A DNA stretch of 64,000 nt from positions 813,942-877,941 of the forward strand of contig JBMOKY010000001.1 in the NCBI GenBank assembly GCA_049325535.1, in the 5' to 3' direction. Both the position numbers and the translations under genes were made by a program. Each line of letters opens with the position of its first letter. Position 1 is the first letter of the stretch. Positions 45,414 to 54,448 of the stretch are shown piece by piece. The DNA comes from Patescibacteria group bacterium. GTDB taxonomy: Bacteria > Patescibacteriota > Patescibacteriia > UBA10025 > JAHIVO01. The notes under the pieces are model-generated. The model ran no database searches and had not been told where the DNA came from. It saw only the letters and a program-made list of their open reading frames with translations.

Positions 45414-46079
45414 CTATTCACCTACATCCTCGGTTTCAGTTTGAGGTACGCCAACCGGAATAATCGGCCGACGATTGTTGTTCTGGATGGCCAGCGCTAC
45501 CCCGACGGTACCACCGACCAGAATGAGGCCGACCAGAAATACGCCAACCCGCTGCTCATGGGGAAACATGCCACACAGGATGATGAATATCATCAGCGTG
45601 ACGCCTCCCCGAACAAACCACCGACGCTTCCGCTCAGCCTGCTCCCGACGCACCCGAAATTCATCGCGGTAGACGGGAAACTGGGCGATGAACTCCCGGA
45701 ATTCCCGATCGTTCATCAGCTTCGCCTTCTGCAAGTGTTTATACGCCTTGCCGAAGGTATTCTCGAATTCTTCCTTGACACGGTCAAGGAATCGCTCCGC
45801 CCCCAATTCGAGTTCCGCCATCATCCGACGGCGTTCCTCTTCCCGCAGACGGCGGGCATTGGGATCGTTCTGCAGGAAATCCCGCATTCCCGATGCCACC
45901 ACTTTCGCGGTCACCAGGCTCATACCCCACCCGACCATCAGGTCGAATATAGGGCGCTCCCGGATAAACTGGCCGATACCCTCAAAGAGGCCACCAACCG
46001 AATCCGCGGCGAACTTAGCAATTCCCGATCCGCTGGATGCGGCATTCGAGGCGCTGGTTTCTTTCTTATTATCAGGCAT
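45414..46079 (-). CDS. Membrane protein with a cytoplasmic coiled-coil N-terminus and two C-terminal TM helices, hypothetical
   Basis: 221 aa. Charged helical segment REEERRRMMAELELGAERFLDRVKEEFE. 2-nt gap to the next gene. Confidence 0.45.
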   Translation of the reverse strand: MPDNKKETSASNAASSGSGIAKFAADSVGGLFEGIGQFIRERPIFDLMVGWGMSLVTAKVVASGMRDFLQNDPNARRLREEERRRMMAELELGAERFLDRVKEEFENTFGKAYKHLQKAKLMNDREFREFIAQFPVYRDEFRVRREQAERKRRWFVRGGVTLMIFIILCGMFPHEQRVGVFLVGLILVGGTVGVALAIQNNNRRPIIPVGVPQTETEDVGE

Positions 46080-46084
46080 ATCTC

Positions 46085-47149
46085 CTACCTTCTGGCGCGC
46101 CGCTGGGGAGCGTTGCGCCGTTTGCGTGCACGTTCTTTGTCAGCGCGGTACTTCCGCAGCCGTTCTTCTGCCTCATCCGCACGGCGTGAAGCATCCAATA
46201 CCATTTCCGCCGTGACTTTCGTCGCGCTGTCGGATAATCCGAGCAGCCGCTTGCCGAACTCCTTCACCTGCGTGATGGGGTTCGGCCGGACACCGAAATA
46301 GTTACGGCGCTGCTGGATAGGATACCCAGCCACCAGCTTGAGAATCTGGCGGCTCCGATTGAGTACTTCGTCAGTACCATCACCGTACAGTCCGGCCATG
46401 GTTCGACGATAGTTCTGTTCGTCGGAATCGCTGTCGTGCCCCACGTCCATCATGACTTCGAGAATGCTTTTCTTCTCGTCGTCAGTCAGGCCGTCGAGCA
46501 GCCTGCCTTCCATCATCCCAGGCGCGGGTTTGCCCTTTTTTTCCTCATCGCGTTTCGGGTCGAGCTTGCCGATCCCAAAATACGAGACGAGGTCGCACCC
46601 GGCTCCACCATCCGCGTATTTGCAGAAATCGGTGGCTAGGGTAGGAAAATCCTTGGGAGAGATGTTTGAGATTATCTGGAGGAGTTCCTCATAGATAATC
46701 TCGCTTTCCTTCTGGATTCTGCGGAGCTCATCGCTCCACTTCTTGTTATGATGCGGCTGCAATGATGCAATCCGCGTCATGACGGCGGCTGTCACCTTGG
46801 CGGCTGAAGCAGGACTCTGTCCTCCTTGCTGGCCACCACCGCCTTTGCCTTTGTTGTTGGCCATGTCAGCCTCCAGGGTATGGTGTTTCAGTTCCCGCTC
46901 CCGGTGTCGCCGCAGTGCCGCTTCCGCGACTGACCGCGACTTTCCCGAGAGCCTGTTTACCAGCTCGGTTTCCAGTGCTGGCCCCCCGAAATTTCGGGAA
47001 AGCCTGATGAGAAAATCAGCTCCCTCGTCGACGAGACGAGAGAAAACCGGCAGCCGCATCAGAAGACTTGCGCCTTCCTGTACTGCGACGCCTTTTCCGA
47101 TCTCCATCGCACCCTCAACCACTTTTGAAGCAATATGGGCGGTTCCCAT
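46085..47149 (-). CDS. Hypothetical soluble protein with a Gly-rich insert, first gene of a 3-gene operon
   Basis: 354 aa with no recognised motif. Internal NKGKGGGGQQGGQ low-complexity segment and a basic C-terminal tail. Confidence 0.45.
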   Translation of the reverse strand: MGTAHIASKVVEGAMEIGKGVAVQEGASLLMRLPVFSRLVDEGADFLIRLSRNFGGPALETELVNRLSGKSRSVAEAALRRHRERELKHHTLEADMANNKGKGGGGQQGGQSPASAAKVTAAVMTRIASLQPHHNKKWSDELRRIQKESEIIYEELLQIISNISPKDFPTLATDFCKYADGGAGCDLVSYFGIGKLDPKRDEEKKGKPAPGMMEGRLLDGLTDDEKKSILEVMMDVGHDSDSDEQNYRRTMAGLYGDGTDEVLNRSRQILKLVAGYPIQQRRNYFGVRPNPITQVKEFGKRLLGLSDSATKVTAEMVLDASRRADEAEERLRKYRADKERARKRRNAPQRRARR

Positions 47150-47224
47150 TAGCGCTCACCTCCTTCCAGGAAGTGGACGTTTGTCCAGGGTTGTACCGGC
47201 GCCCTGGCGCGCCTTTTGCCGTAC

Positions 47225-47242
47225 GGCAAAACGAACGTCAGT
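47225..47242. promoter_or_regulatory. Perfect 18-bp palindrome upstream of the 3-gene operon (candidate operator or terminator)
   Basis: TTTTGCCGTACGGCAAAA lies 76-93 nt upstream of the start codon at 47149. It is adjacent to a GC-rich segment ggcgccctggcgcgcc. Confidence 0.3.
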
Positions 47243-47439
47243 GCGTTCATGTGCATCATATGCACTCCTTTCCACACCCGAAAATCGGGGTGAGCGTTTG
47301 ATTGTTGCTATTTCGACAGTTTCAGTATTTTCGAACTTCCGAAGTTAAATTTTCAAAGACCGTTGCTGTAATACAGCTGTTTCATACACCTGTGTGTAAA
47401 CAAAACAGCCTACCACGTTACTACATAATGATGATTTTG

Positions 47440-48303
47440 TCAAGGGGTAAAATGCCTAACCCAGATCCCGTCACTCTCAAATCTGATGTCCCCTTGTCCA
47501 TCGGTCCGCAATACCTCAGCACCGACCGAACCGAGGCGACGTAGTACGAGCTCATGCGGATGACCAAATGAATTACCGACACCGGACTGTATGACCGCAT
47601 ACTGCGGACTGACCGCCCGCAGGAAATCAACGGATGAAGAGTACCGGCTGCCGTGATGGCCTACCTTCAGTACATCACTATCCAGCGTATCGGGATATTC
47701 AGCCAGAAGCCCCTCCTCAACCGCCACCGGCGCGTCACCAGTAAACAAAAAAGACACATCATGATATTCCAGCCGCCCCACGATCGAGCTGTCGTTCACA
47801 TCGTCATAGTACTGACCAGCAATATCATCCAGCGGATGCAAAATGGTAAATGTCGCATCACCGAATCGCAGACGCTGGCCACGCCGTGGAGTGATAACGG
47901 TCGCGCCTGAATCCCGTACCATTTCCTGCCAGGCCGTATACTCTGGCGCATCATACTCTATATCAGCATAGACGATGGTACTGACATCATACCGTTGCAG
48001 AACTTCATTCAAGCCGATGACATGGTCGGCGTGCGGATGTGTCAGCACGACGATATCAATCTGACGAGAATAAAATGGCAGCGCACGGCCCAGATCGGCC
48101 AGTATCGACCGATCGGGTCCGCCATCGATGAGCATGGTCTGTCCAGTCGGCGTCTGGATCAGGATGCTGTCTCCCTGCCCCACGTCAAAAAAAGTCACGC
48201 GCAATCCGGCATCGGGACGCAGCACGACCAACGCTAACAATATCCCGACCAGCGCTAGTGCACTGAATAAAACGTACATTAATTTTCTTCGATGGAAAGG
48301 CAT
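47440..48303 (-). CDS. Standalone ComEC-type metallo-beta-lactamase domain protein (signal-anchored)
   Basis: FFDVGQGDSILIQTPTGQTMLIDGGP, VLTHPHADHVIGL and VGHHGSRYSS match the ComEC/Rec2 C-terminal MBL-domain signature. Confidence 0.65.
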   Translation of the reverse strand: MPFHRRKLMYVLFSALALVGILLALVVLRPDAGLRVTFFDVGQGDSILIQTPTGQTMLIDGGPDRSILADLGRALPFYSRQIDIVVLTHPHADHVIGLNEVLQRYDVSTIVYADIEYDAPEYTAWQEMVRDSGATVITPRRGQRLRFGDATFTILHPLDDIAGQYYDDVNDSSIVGRLEYHDVSFLFTGDAPVAVEEGLLAEYPDTLDSDVLKVGHHGSRYSSSVDFLRAVSPQYAVIQSGVGNSFGHPHELVLRRLGSVGAEVLRTDGQGDIRFESDGIWVRHFTP

Positions 48304-48346
48304 AAGATGATTGACTAAAACACTTGAAAACGATACACTGCACTAT

Positions 48347-49297
48347 ATGGACAGAAATTTAGCTCTGGAATTTGTCAGGGTGACCGAAGCAGCGGCCATC
48401 GCCGCCGCCGAATGGATTGGCTATGGGGAAGCGAAGAAAGCAGACGGTGCCGCGGTCGACGCCATGCGCATCCGATTCAATCAAATTGATTTCCAGGGAA
48501 CCGTGGTGATCGGTGAGGGTGCCAAAGACGAAGCGCCTGAACTGTATGTGGGTGAAAAAATTGGCTTGGGAGCTGGCCCGGAAATGGACATCGCTGTCGA
48601 TCCACTAGAATGCACCGAAAGCGTTGCCCACGGCCGGTACAATGCCATGTCCGTCATCGTCGTGGGCGCTGCCAGATCGCTCTTCCACGCCCCTGACACG
48701 TATATGGAAAAAATCGCAGTTGGCCGAGCAGCGGCTGGAGTTATCGACCTGGATGCCACGCCGACGGATAATGTGCGCAAAACTGCACGAGCACTGGGAA
48801 AAGACGTCAGAGAAATGACGGTGATGGTACTCGACCGGCCCCGCCATGACCCGCTGGTCGCTGAATTACGCAAAGCCGGCGCCCGGGTGCGCATGGTCAC
48901 CGATGGCGATGTGGCTACGGCAGTTGCCGCCTGTATCCCGGATAATGATATCGATATGATCATGGGTATCGGCGGCTCGACCGAAGCGGTGCTCGCTGCC
49001 GCACCAGTAAAAATAATGGGCGGACAGCTCCTGGCCAGATTCGCTCCGCAAAACGACAAACATGCTCAGATAGTCAAAGCAGCCGGCTATACCACCTCCA
49101 CCGTCTACACCGCTGAAGACCTGGCGCACGGACACCAGCTGACCTTTACGGCCACAGGGATTATCGACGGCCCATTGCTACGCGGCGTAGTTGTCCGTCC
49201 GCACTGCATCGAAACGCACTCAATCGTCCTGCGAGGCACCTCCGGCACGTGCCGTTACATCACCACCCAGCATGATGCTTATAAACCTAATGCCTAG
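48347..49297 (+). CDS. glpX: Fructose-1,6-bisphosphatase class II (GlpX)
   Basis: MDRNLALEFVRVTEAAAIAAAEWIGYGEAKKADGAAVDAMR is the GlpX N-terminal signature. Start taken at MDRNL (48347); the ORF track opens at 48311. Confidence 0.8.
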   Translation: MDRNLALEFVRVTEAAAIAAAEWIGYGEAKKADGAAVDAMRIRFNQIDFQGTVVIGEGAKDEAPELYVGEKIGLGAGPEMDIAVDPLECTESVAHGRYNAMSVIVVGAARSLFHAPDTYMEKIAVGRAAAGVIDLDATPTDNVRKTARALGKDVREMTVMVLDRPRHDPLVAELRKAGARVRMVTDGDVATAVAACIPDNDIDMIMGIGGSTEAVLAAAPVKIMGGQLLARFAPQNDKHAQIVKAAGYTTSTVYTAEDLAHGHQLTFTATGIIDGPLLRGVVVRPHCIETHSIVLRGTSGTCRYITTQHDAYKPNA

Positions 49298-49300
49298 CCT

Positions 49301-50317
49301 ATGAACGAGTCATTGCAGAACATTGCCAAACAACTGATGGCCGACCACAAGGGGTTCCTGGCTGCCGATGAGAGCGTCAGCACCGCCACAAAACGATTGG
49401 CGGAAATCAATCTCGAATCGACCGAAGAAACCCGCCGCCAGTACCGTAATCTCTTCCTCACGACCGCCGATCTCGGCCAATATATTTCCGGCGTCATCCT
49501 CTTCGAGGAAACGCTCACGCAGTCAGCCGATGACGGGACCCCATTCATGGAACTTTTGCGACAGCACCAGGTCATCCCCATCATCAAAGTGGACAAAGGC
49601 GCTCATGACATGGCGCTCTTTCCCGGGGAAAAAGTGACCGATGGACTGGACAAGCTACGTGACCGATTTGCGGAATTTTACAAAAAAGGGTGTCGTGCTG
49701 CGAAATGGCGCGCGGTAATCAAAATAGAGGATAACACCGTACCTAGCGAACCGTGCCTCCATGCAAATGCCCACGCCCTTGCTCGCTACGCTGCCCTGGC
49801 CCAGGAGGCTGGTATCGTCCCAATCGTCGAACCGGAAGTGCTCATCGACGGGCCGCATGATATCGCGCGAAGTGAAGCGGTCACCACCGCCACACTCCAG
49901 ATCATGTTTGACGAGCTGAAACGCTACCGGGTGGATCCGACCGCCACCATCCTCAAATCCAGCATGGTCATCAGTGGCAATGAATGCACCAGCCAAGCGA
50001 CTCCTGACGAAATCGCGGCGGCTACGCTCCGCTGTTTCAAAAAAACGGTCCCCGCGGAACTCCCCGGTATCGTCTTCCTGTCTGGTGGGCAGAGTGCCAC
50101 ACAAGCGACGGAAAACCTCAATGCCATTGCCCGGCAGAGCATGGGTCCGTGGCCATTGAGCTTCTCGTATGCCCGGGCGCTGCAGGGCACCCCGCTCCAG
50201 TTCTGGAATGGGAAACCAGAAAACCTCGCTGCGGCACAAGCGGAATTTTCTAAACGCATGCGTCTCAATCACGCGGCAGCCAAAGGTGCCTATACACCGG
50301 ACATGGAGCACGCGTAA
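49301..50317 (+). CDS. fba: Fructose-bisphosphate aldolase, class I (eukaryotic-type)
   Basis: GFLAADESVSTATKRLAEINLESTEETRRQYRNLFLTT resembles animal-type class I FBA (ILAADESTGS...ENTEENRR). 338 aa. Confidence 0.8.
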   Translation: MNESLQNIAKQLMADHKGFLAADESVSTATKRLAEINLESTEETRRQYRNLFLTTADLGQYISGVILFEETLTQSADDGTPFMELLRQHQVIPIIKVDKGAHDMALFPGEKVTDGLDKLRDRFAEFYKKGCRAAKWRAVIKIEDNTVPSEPCLHANAHALARYAALAQEAGIVPIVEPEVLIDGPHDIARSEAVTTATLQIMFDELKRYRVDPTATILKSSMVISGNECTSQATPDEIAAATLRCFKKTVPAELPGIVFLSGGQSATQATENLNAIARQSMGPWPLSFSYARALQGTPLQFWNGKPENLAAAQAEFSKRMRLNHAAAKGAYTPDMEHA

Positions 50318-50324
50318 TATTTTT

Positions 50325-51845
50325 TTAATGAACAGCCGCCGTTGGTCTAGCCAGCGGCGGTTTTTTGTTATATCGCCACAGGAACAACCCAATCAATGCG
50401 TGCAATCCGCCGGCCCATCCCCAATGCACCGGCGGCAGGTGCCAACTGACAAACGGCAACTGGCTGCTCACCTCAATCACCGACAGTATCACATGCAGCA
50501 GACCCCAGGCCAGCCAGCCGACCAGTGAACCGATAAACGGGAGAAGTATGCCGCCGATACCCGCCAAAAACCCGAGTGCCATGGCAAACGGAATCAGCGG
50601 TAATATAACTACATTCACCAGTGGCGCTATTGCGGACACCCGTCCAAAACTAATCAGGATCAAAGGCGTGGTCATGATGATGGCTGACAGAGTCGACGCA
50701 GCGCTGGCACGCAGCTCAAATACCGCGGGAAGAAAACGCACTACCCGCTCTACCACCGGTGACAGATAGACGAGCCCCACCGTCGCCAAAAAAGACAGCT
50801 GGAACCCAGCGTCAGATGCAAGTATATGTGGATTGACGAGCAGCATGATGGCCGCGGCCAGCACCAACGCATTGGTAATCCGGCTCATCCGCCCCAGTTG
50901 CCGCGCCACCAGTACGAGGCCGCCCATGATCCCGGCCCGGGTCACTGAAGCCGGCGCCCCCGTCATCACCACGAAAAAAAGTATAGCACCGGCGGATATC
51001 CAGAACGCGTAGCGGCGGCCGATCCACAGACTGCTGCATACATGCTGGATGCAAACCGCGATAATGGTGATATTATATCCCGACAGAGCGATGATATGAG
51101 TCGTGCCCGTAGCAGCAAAAGCGTCTAAGAGCCACTCGGGCATCGATGCCCGAGCGCCCAGCAACAAGCCGCCGGCAAATGACGCTTCTGGCTCGGCAAT
51201 GACGCTCGTGATGCGTTCCGTAAAATATGACTTGGTATGAAGGATAGCCGCCACAATCCAGCTCCCTCCATCAGTACCCACCAGAGTGACATCCGGCCGA
51301 TAGCATACTGAATAAATTTCATACCGTGCCAGATACCGGTCATAGTGAAATGTACGCCCATCATCGCCGGTGATGACCCCGGGTGATTGCAGCTGGCACC
51401 GGATACGCAGGATATCTCCATAGGCATAGGCAGGGTACGGACGGATATTGACCAGTACATAACCTGCCACGGGCAGGCGCTCATCCAGTGACTGTGTCCG
51501 GATCGTTAATTTGACATGGTCCGTGCGCACATCCGGCTCGGCTGCGACATACCCGGAAAATAAAACATCCTGGCCGTTGTAATAGTGAATGTACTGAGGA
51601 CTCACCACCGGCGAGGTGGCCGCATACCGCACCATGCCCAGACCGGCAGCGAGCAATACGACGGCTGCTGCCAGTACGCGCCGTGACCAGACACCGACGA
51701 TGCAGCCGATTCCGCCGACCGCACCAGTCGTAAAGACCACCATCGCAGGCAGTGACACCGCCGACGCTACCCCGATACCGCCAATAAACCCGAGACAGCC
51801 AACAAGAAATATTTTATCTTTCGACACATGCATAAAACCTTCCAC
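50325..51845 (-). CDS. comEC: ComEC/Rec2 competence channel protein, N-terminal (DUF4131 + competence) domains only
   Basis: 506 aa, polytopic. GGLLLGARASMPEWLLDAFAATGTTHIIALSGYNITII matches the ComEC competence-domain core (LLLG...TG..HLLAISGLH). There is no C-terminal MBL domain. Confidence 0.7.
   Translation of the reverse strand: MEGFMHVSKDKIFLVGCLGFIGGIGVASAVSLPAMVVFTTGAVGGIGCIVGVWSRRVLAAAVVLLAAGLGMVRYAATSPVVSPQYIHYYNGQDVLFSGYVAAEPDVRTDHVKLTIRTQSLDERLPVAGYVLVNIRPYPAYAYGDILRIRCQLQSPGVITGDDGRTFHYDRYLARYEIYSVCYRPDVTLVGTDGGSWIVAAILHTKSYFTERITSVIAEPEASFAGGLLLGARASMPEWLLDAFAATGTTHIIALSGYNITIIAVCIQHVCSSLWIGRRYAFWISAGAILFFVVMTGAPASVTRAGIMGGLVLVARQLGRMSRITNALVLAAAIMLLVNPHILASDAGFQLSFLATVGLVYLSPVVERVVRFLPAVFELRASAASTLSAIIMTTPLILISFGRVSAIAPLVNVVILPLIPFAMALGFLAGIGGILLPFIGSLVGWLAWGLLHVILSVIEVSSQLPFVSWHLPPVHWGWAGGLHALIGLFLWRYNKKPPLARPTAAVH
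50335..50366 (+). terminator. Hairpin plus U-tract after fba; overlaps the 3' end of the convergent comEC
   Basis: gccgccg-N13-cggcgg followed by tttttt. Confidence 0.4.
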
Positions 51846-51962
51846 ATCGTTTGGGGAAGGCTTCTGTCTCTATCCTATGCCATGCTGGAAAAACTGTCAA
51901 ATAAAAAAGAGAGCGGGATCCCACGTGAAGATCCCGCTTTTGAACAATGATAACGTGCGAAG

Positions 51963-52256
51963 TTAGAACTCACCGGCGAACTTCGCAAGACAGAAGGGCT
52001 TTCTCCGGCCACGGTTGTTGATTTTGATCACACCGTGGCGGCGCTGATCGACCATCCGCTTTCTGAACCCGGCCAGATCGCCGAGCATGGCCTCGGGGCC
52101 TTCCTCATAGTGCAGCGTCAAGCCGCTGCATTGCGTACAGGCACCGATGGGCCGTTCCGGACTCATCGACACCGATCCGACGATTTCGATGGTTCCCTTC
52201 GCTCCGCACTCCTCGTGCGGGCAGTCAAATACCTGATGTTCTTCTCCTTGCTTCAT
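51963..52256 (-). CDS. Small zinc-ribbon protein, hypothetical
   Basis: CPHEEC ... CTQC (CxxxxC...CxxC). 97 aa. Confidence 0.4.
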   Translation of the reverse strand: MKQGEEHQVFDCPHEECGAKGTIEIVGSVSMSPERPIGACTQCSGLTLHYEEGPEAMLGDLAGFRKRMVDQRRHGVIKINNRGRRKPFCLAKFAGEF

Positions 52257-52547
52257 GGCGGTTTCCTTTTCCGAGGAGGTTTGAAGTTGCTGTTTTTTTA
52301 ATACGCATCTCTTTTTTTAGACTCCTTTCTGCAGAGATGCAATTTTTTGGTTTATCGATAGATGTGACGCATAATCGTCACGGTTGATTTGGCGTAATTT
52401 ATTACCAAGGGTGGGGGGCGTCATAGATTTGAAACCGCCAAGTTCCTCAACTATCACGCACCCCCAGGCACCTCGATTTTCAAATATCAGAACACGGGAC
52501 TATAGCACGTAGTATACTCCCTGTCAATGGGTAATCGCAAGAGTTGC

Positions 52548-54443
52548 CTATTCCACAGTGACTGATTTAGCTAAATTGCGGGGCTTGTCCGGATCATAGC
52601 CTTTCAGCACCGCAATCTCATAGGCTAATAGTTGCAACGGGATAGTGGCTAGTACCGGCACCAAATGGGCAAGAGTATTGGGGATTTCGATCACCCATTC
52701 GGCCATACGGGCAATCTGTTCATCGCCCTCATTCACCACCGCAATGATTCGACCGCCACGGGCGCGTACCTCCTCGGCATTGGAAACAATTTTATCATAG
52801 CTGATTGGCTCTTCACTGTCGTTCGGCGCGATGATCACCACTGGCATATTCTCATCGATCAGCGCAATCGGTCCATGCTTCATTTCCGCCGCCGAATACC
52901 CCTCGGCGTGGATGTAGGATATCTCCTTCAGTTTCAGCGCCCCCTCCAGGGCAATGGGATAATTATACCCCCGGCCCAAATAGAGAAAATGGTCAGCACG
53001 CTGAAATTCACGGGCAATCTGCTGTACGATACCGTTGCCGCCGATTCGATCATACACCGAGGCGAGCACCTGCTCTACCTTGCCGGGCAACACCGATAAT
53101 TCATTGGCGATTTTCAGGAAATCATCATGGGGAATACGTGGTTTCCCTGTACTCAGGGGTTTGCTGCGGTCCAGGATACGTGCCAAGCCGAGATTTAATA
53201 TGGAAAGCGCCGCCACCTGGCAGGAAAAAGCCTTGGTCGATGCGACACCGATCTCCGGCCCCGCGTGCAAATAGATGCCGCCGTCAACCATCCGCGCAAT
53301 GCTCGACCCAACCACATTGACCACGCCGAGCGTATAGGCTTCCAGCTCCCGAGTGAGCTCGATGGCACCCTTGGTATCGGCCGTCTCTCCGGACTGGGAA
53401 ATGGCGATGGCCAAGGTATGCGGCATGATCACCGGCTGCCGGTAGCGAAACTCCGAGGCCTGCTCACAGGTCACGGGGACGCGCAATATTTTTTCCATCA
53501 TAAATTGCCCGACCAATCCAGCATGCCAGGATGTGCCACATGCCAATATTTTAATAGCGCTAATAGTGGGCAATGCCTCAGCAAACCCGTTTTCCAAACA
53601 GCGTACGTGCACCGAAGCGGCACCGTGCTGTACCCGACCGGACAATGTCTGCCGGATTGCTTCCGGCTGCTCAAATATTTCCTTCAGCATAAAATGGGGG
53701 AAACCGCCTTTTTCTATCTGCTCCAGATCCCAGGTGATCTGCTCCACCTCCTTAGCCACCCGCTCGTTATCCAGCGTCCGCACCGAATACGAGTCACGGG
53801 TCAGCACGGCCACCTCCCCATCGTTCAGGTAGATGACGTTTCGGGTATAGGGCAATAAAGCCGATGCATCTGAAGCAATAAAATATTGACCGTCGGAAAT
53901 CCCCAGCACCAATGGGCTGCCATTCCGGGCCGCCACCAATTTATCCGGTTCGCGGCTGCTCACTACTGCAATCCCATAGGCGCCCTGGAGCTGGGTCAGC
54001 GCCCGCTGTACCGCTTCCTCCAGCGGCAAATCGTTATGGTATTTCTCAATCAAATGGGCAATAACTTCCGTATCGGTTTCCGAACGAAACGTGTGGCCCT
54101 GCTGTTTCAGCAACAAACGCAGTGCCCGATAATTTTCGATGATGCCGTTGTGTACCAGCGCCACGATGCCATCCTGACCAATATGCGGATGAGCATTCAC
54201 GTCCGACGGAATGCCATGAGTAGCCCAACGAGTATGGGCGATGCCCACTGAACTGGAAAATGAAGTACCCTCGAGCAGCCGTTCCAGCTCAGCAATTTTG
54301 CCGGTTGCTTTACGGATCTCCAGGGTATCGCCCACGGTAGCGATGCCGGCGGAATCATATCCGCGGTATTCCAAACGCTTCAGCCCATCGAGCAGGATGG
54401 ACTGCGCTGGTTTCGTGCCAATATATCCGACAATACCACACAT
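52548..54443 (-). CDS. glmS: Glutamine--fructose-6-phosphate aminotransferase
   Basis: MCGIVGYIG N-terminal nucleophile and two SIS domains. 631 aa. Confidence 0.95.
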   Translation of the reverse strand: MCGIVGYIGTKPAQSILLDGLKRLEYRGYDSAGIATVGDTLEIRKATGKIAELERLLEGTSFSSSVGIAHTRWATHGIPSDVNAHPHIGQDGIVALVHNGIIENYRALRLLLKQQGHTFRSETDTEVIAHLIEKYHNDLPLEEAVQRALTQLQGAYGIAVVSSREPDKLVAARNGSPLVLGISDGQYFIASDASALLPYTRNVIYLNDGEVAVLTRDSYSVRTLDNERVAKEVEQITWDLEQIEKGGFPHFMLKEIFEQPEAIRQTLSGRVQHGAASVHVRCLENGFAEALPTISAIKILACGTSWHAGLVGQFMMEKILRVPVTCEQASEFRYRQPVIMPHTLAIAISQSGETADTKGAIELTRELEAYTLGVVNVVGSSIARMVDGGIYLHAGPEIGVASTKAFSCQVAALSILNLGLARILDRSKPLSTGKPRIPHDDFLKIANELSVLPGKVEQVLASVYDRIGGNGIVQQIAREFQRADHFLYLGRGYNYPIALEGALKLKEISYIHAEGYSAAEMKHGPIALIDENMPVVIIAPNDSEEPISYDKIVSNAEEVRARGGRIIAVVNEGDEQIARMAEWVIEIPNTLAHLVPVLATIPLQLLAYEIAVLKGYDPDKPRNLAKSVTVE

Positions 54444-54448
54444 AGGAG

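Noticed and set aside
52257-52547. glmS ribozyme
   Set aside because: glmS is on the minus strand and its start is 5 nt from the prfB stop, so it has no 5' leader. This spacer lies 3' of glmS, and no glmS-ribozyme core was recognised.
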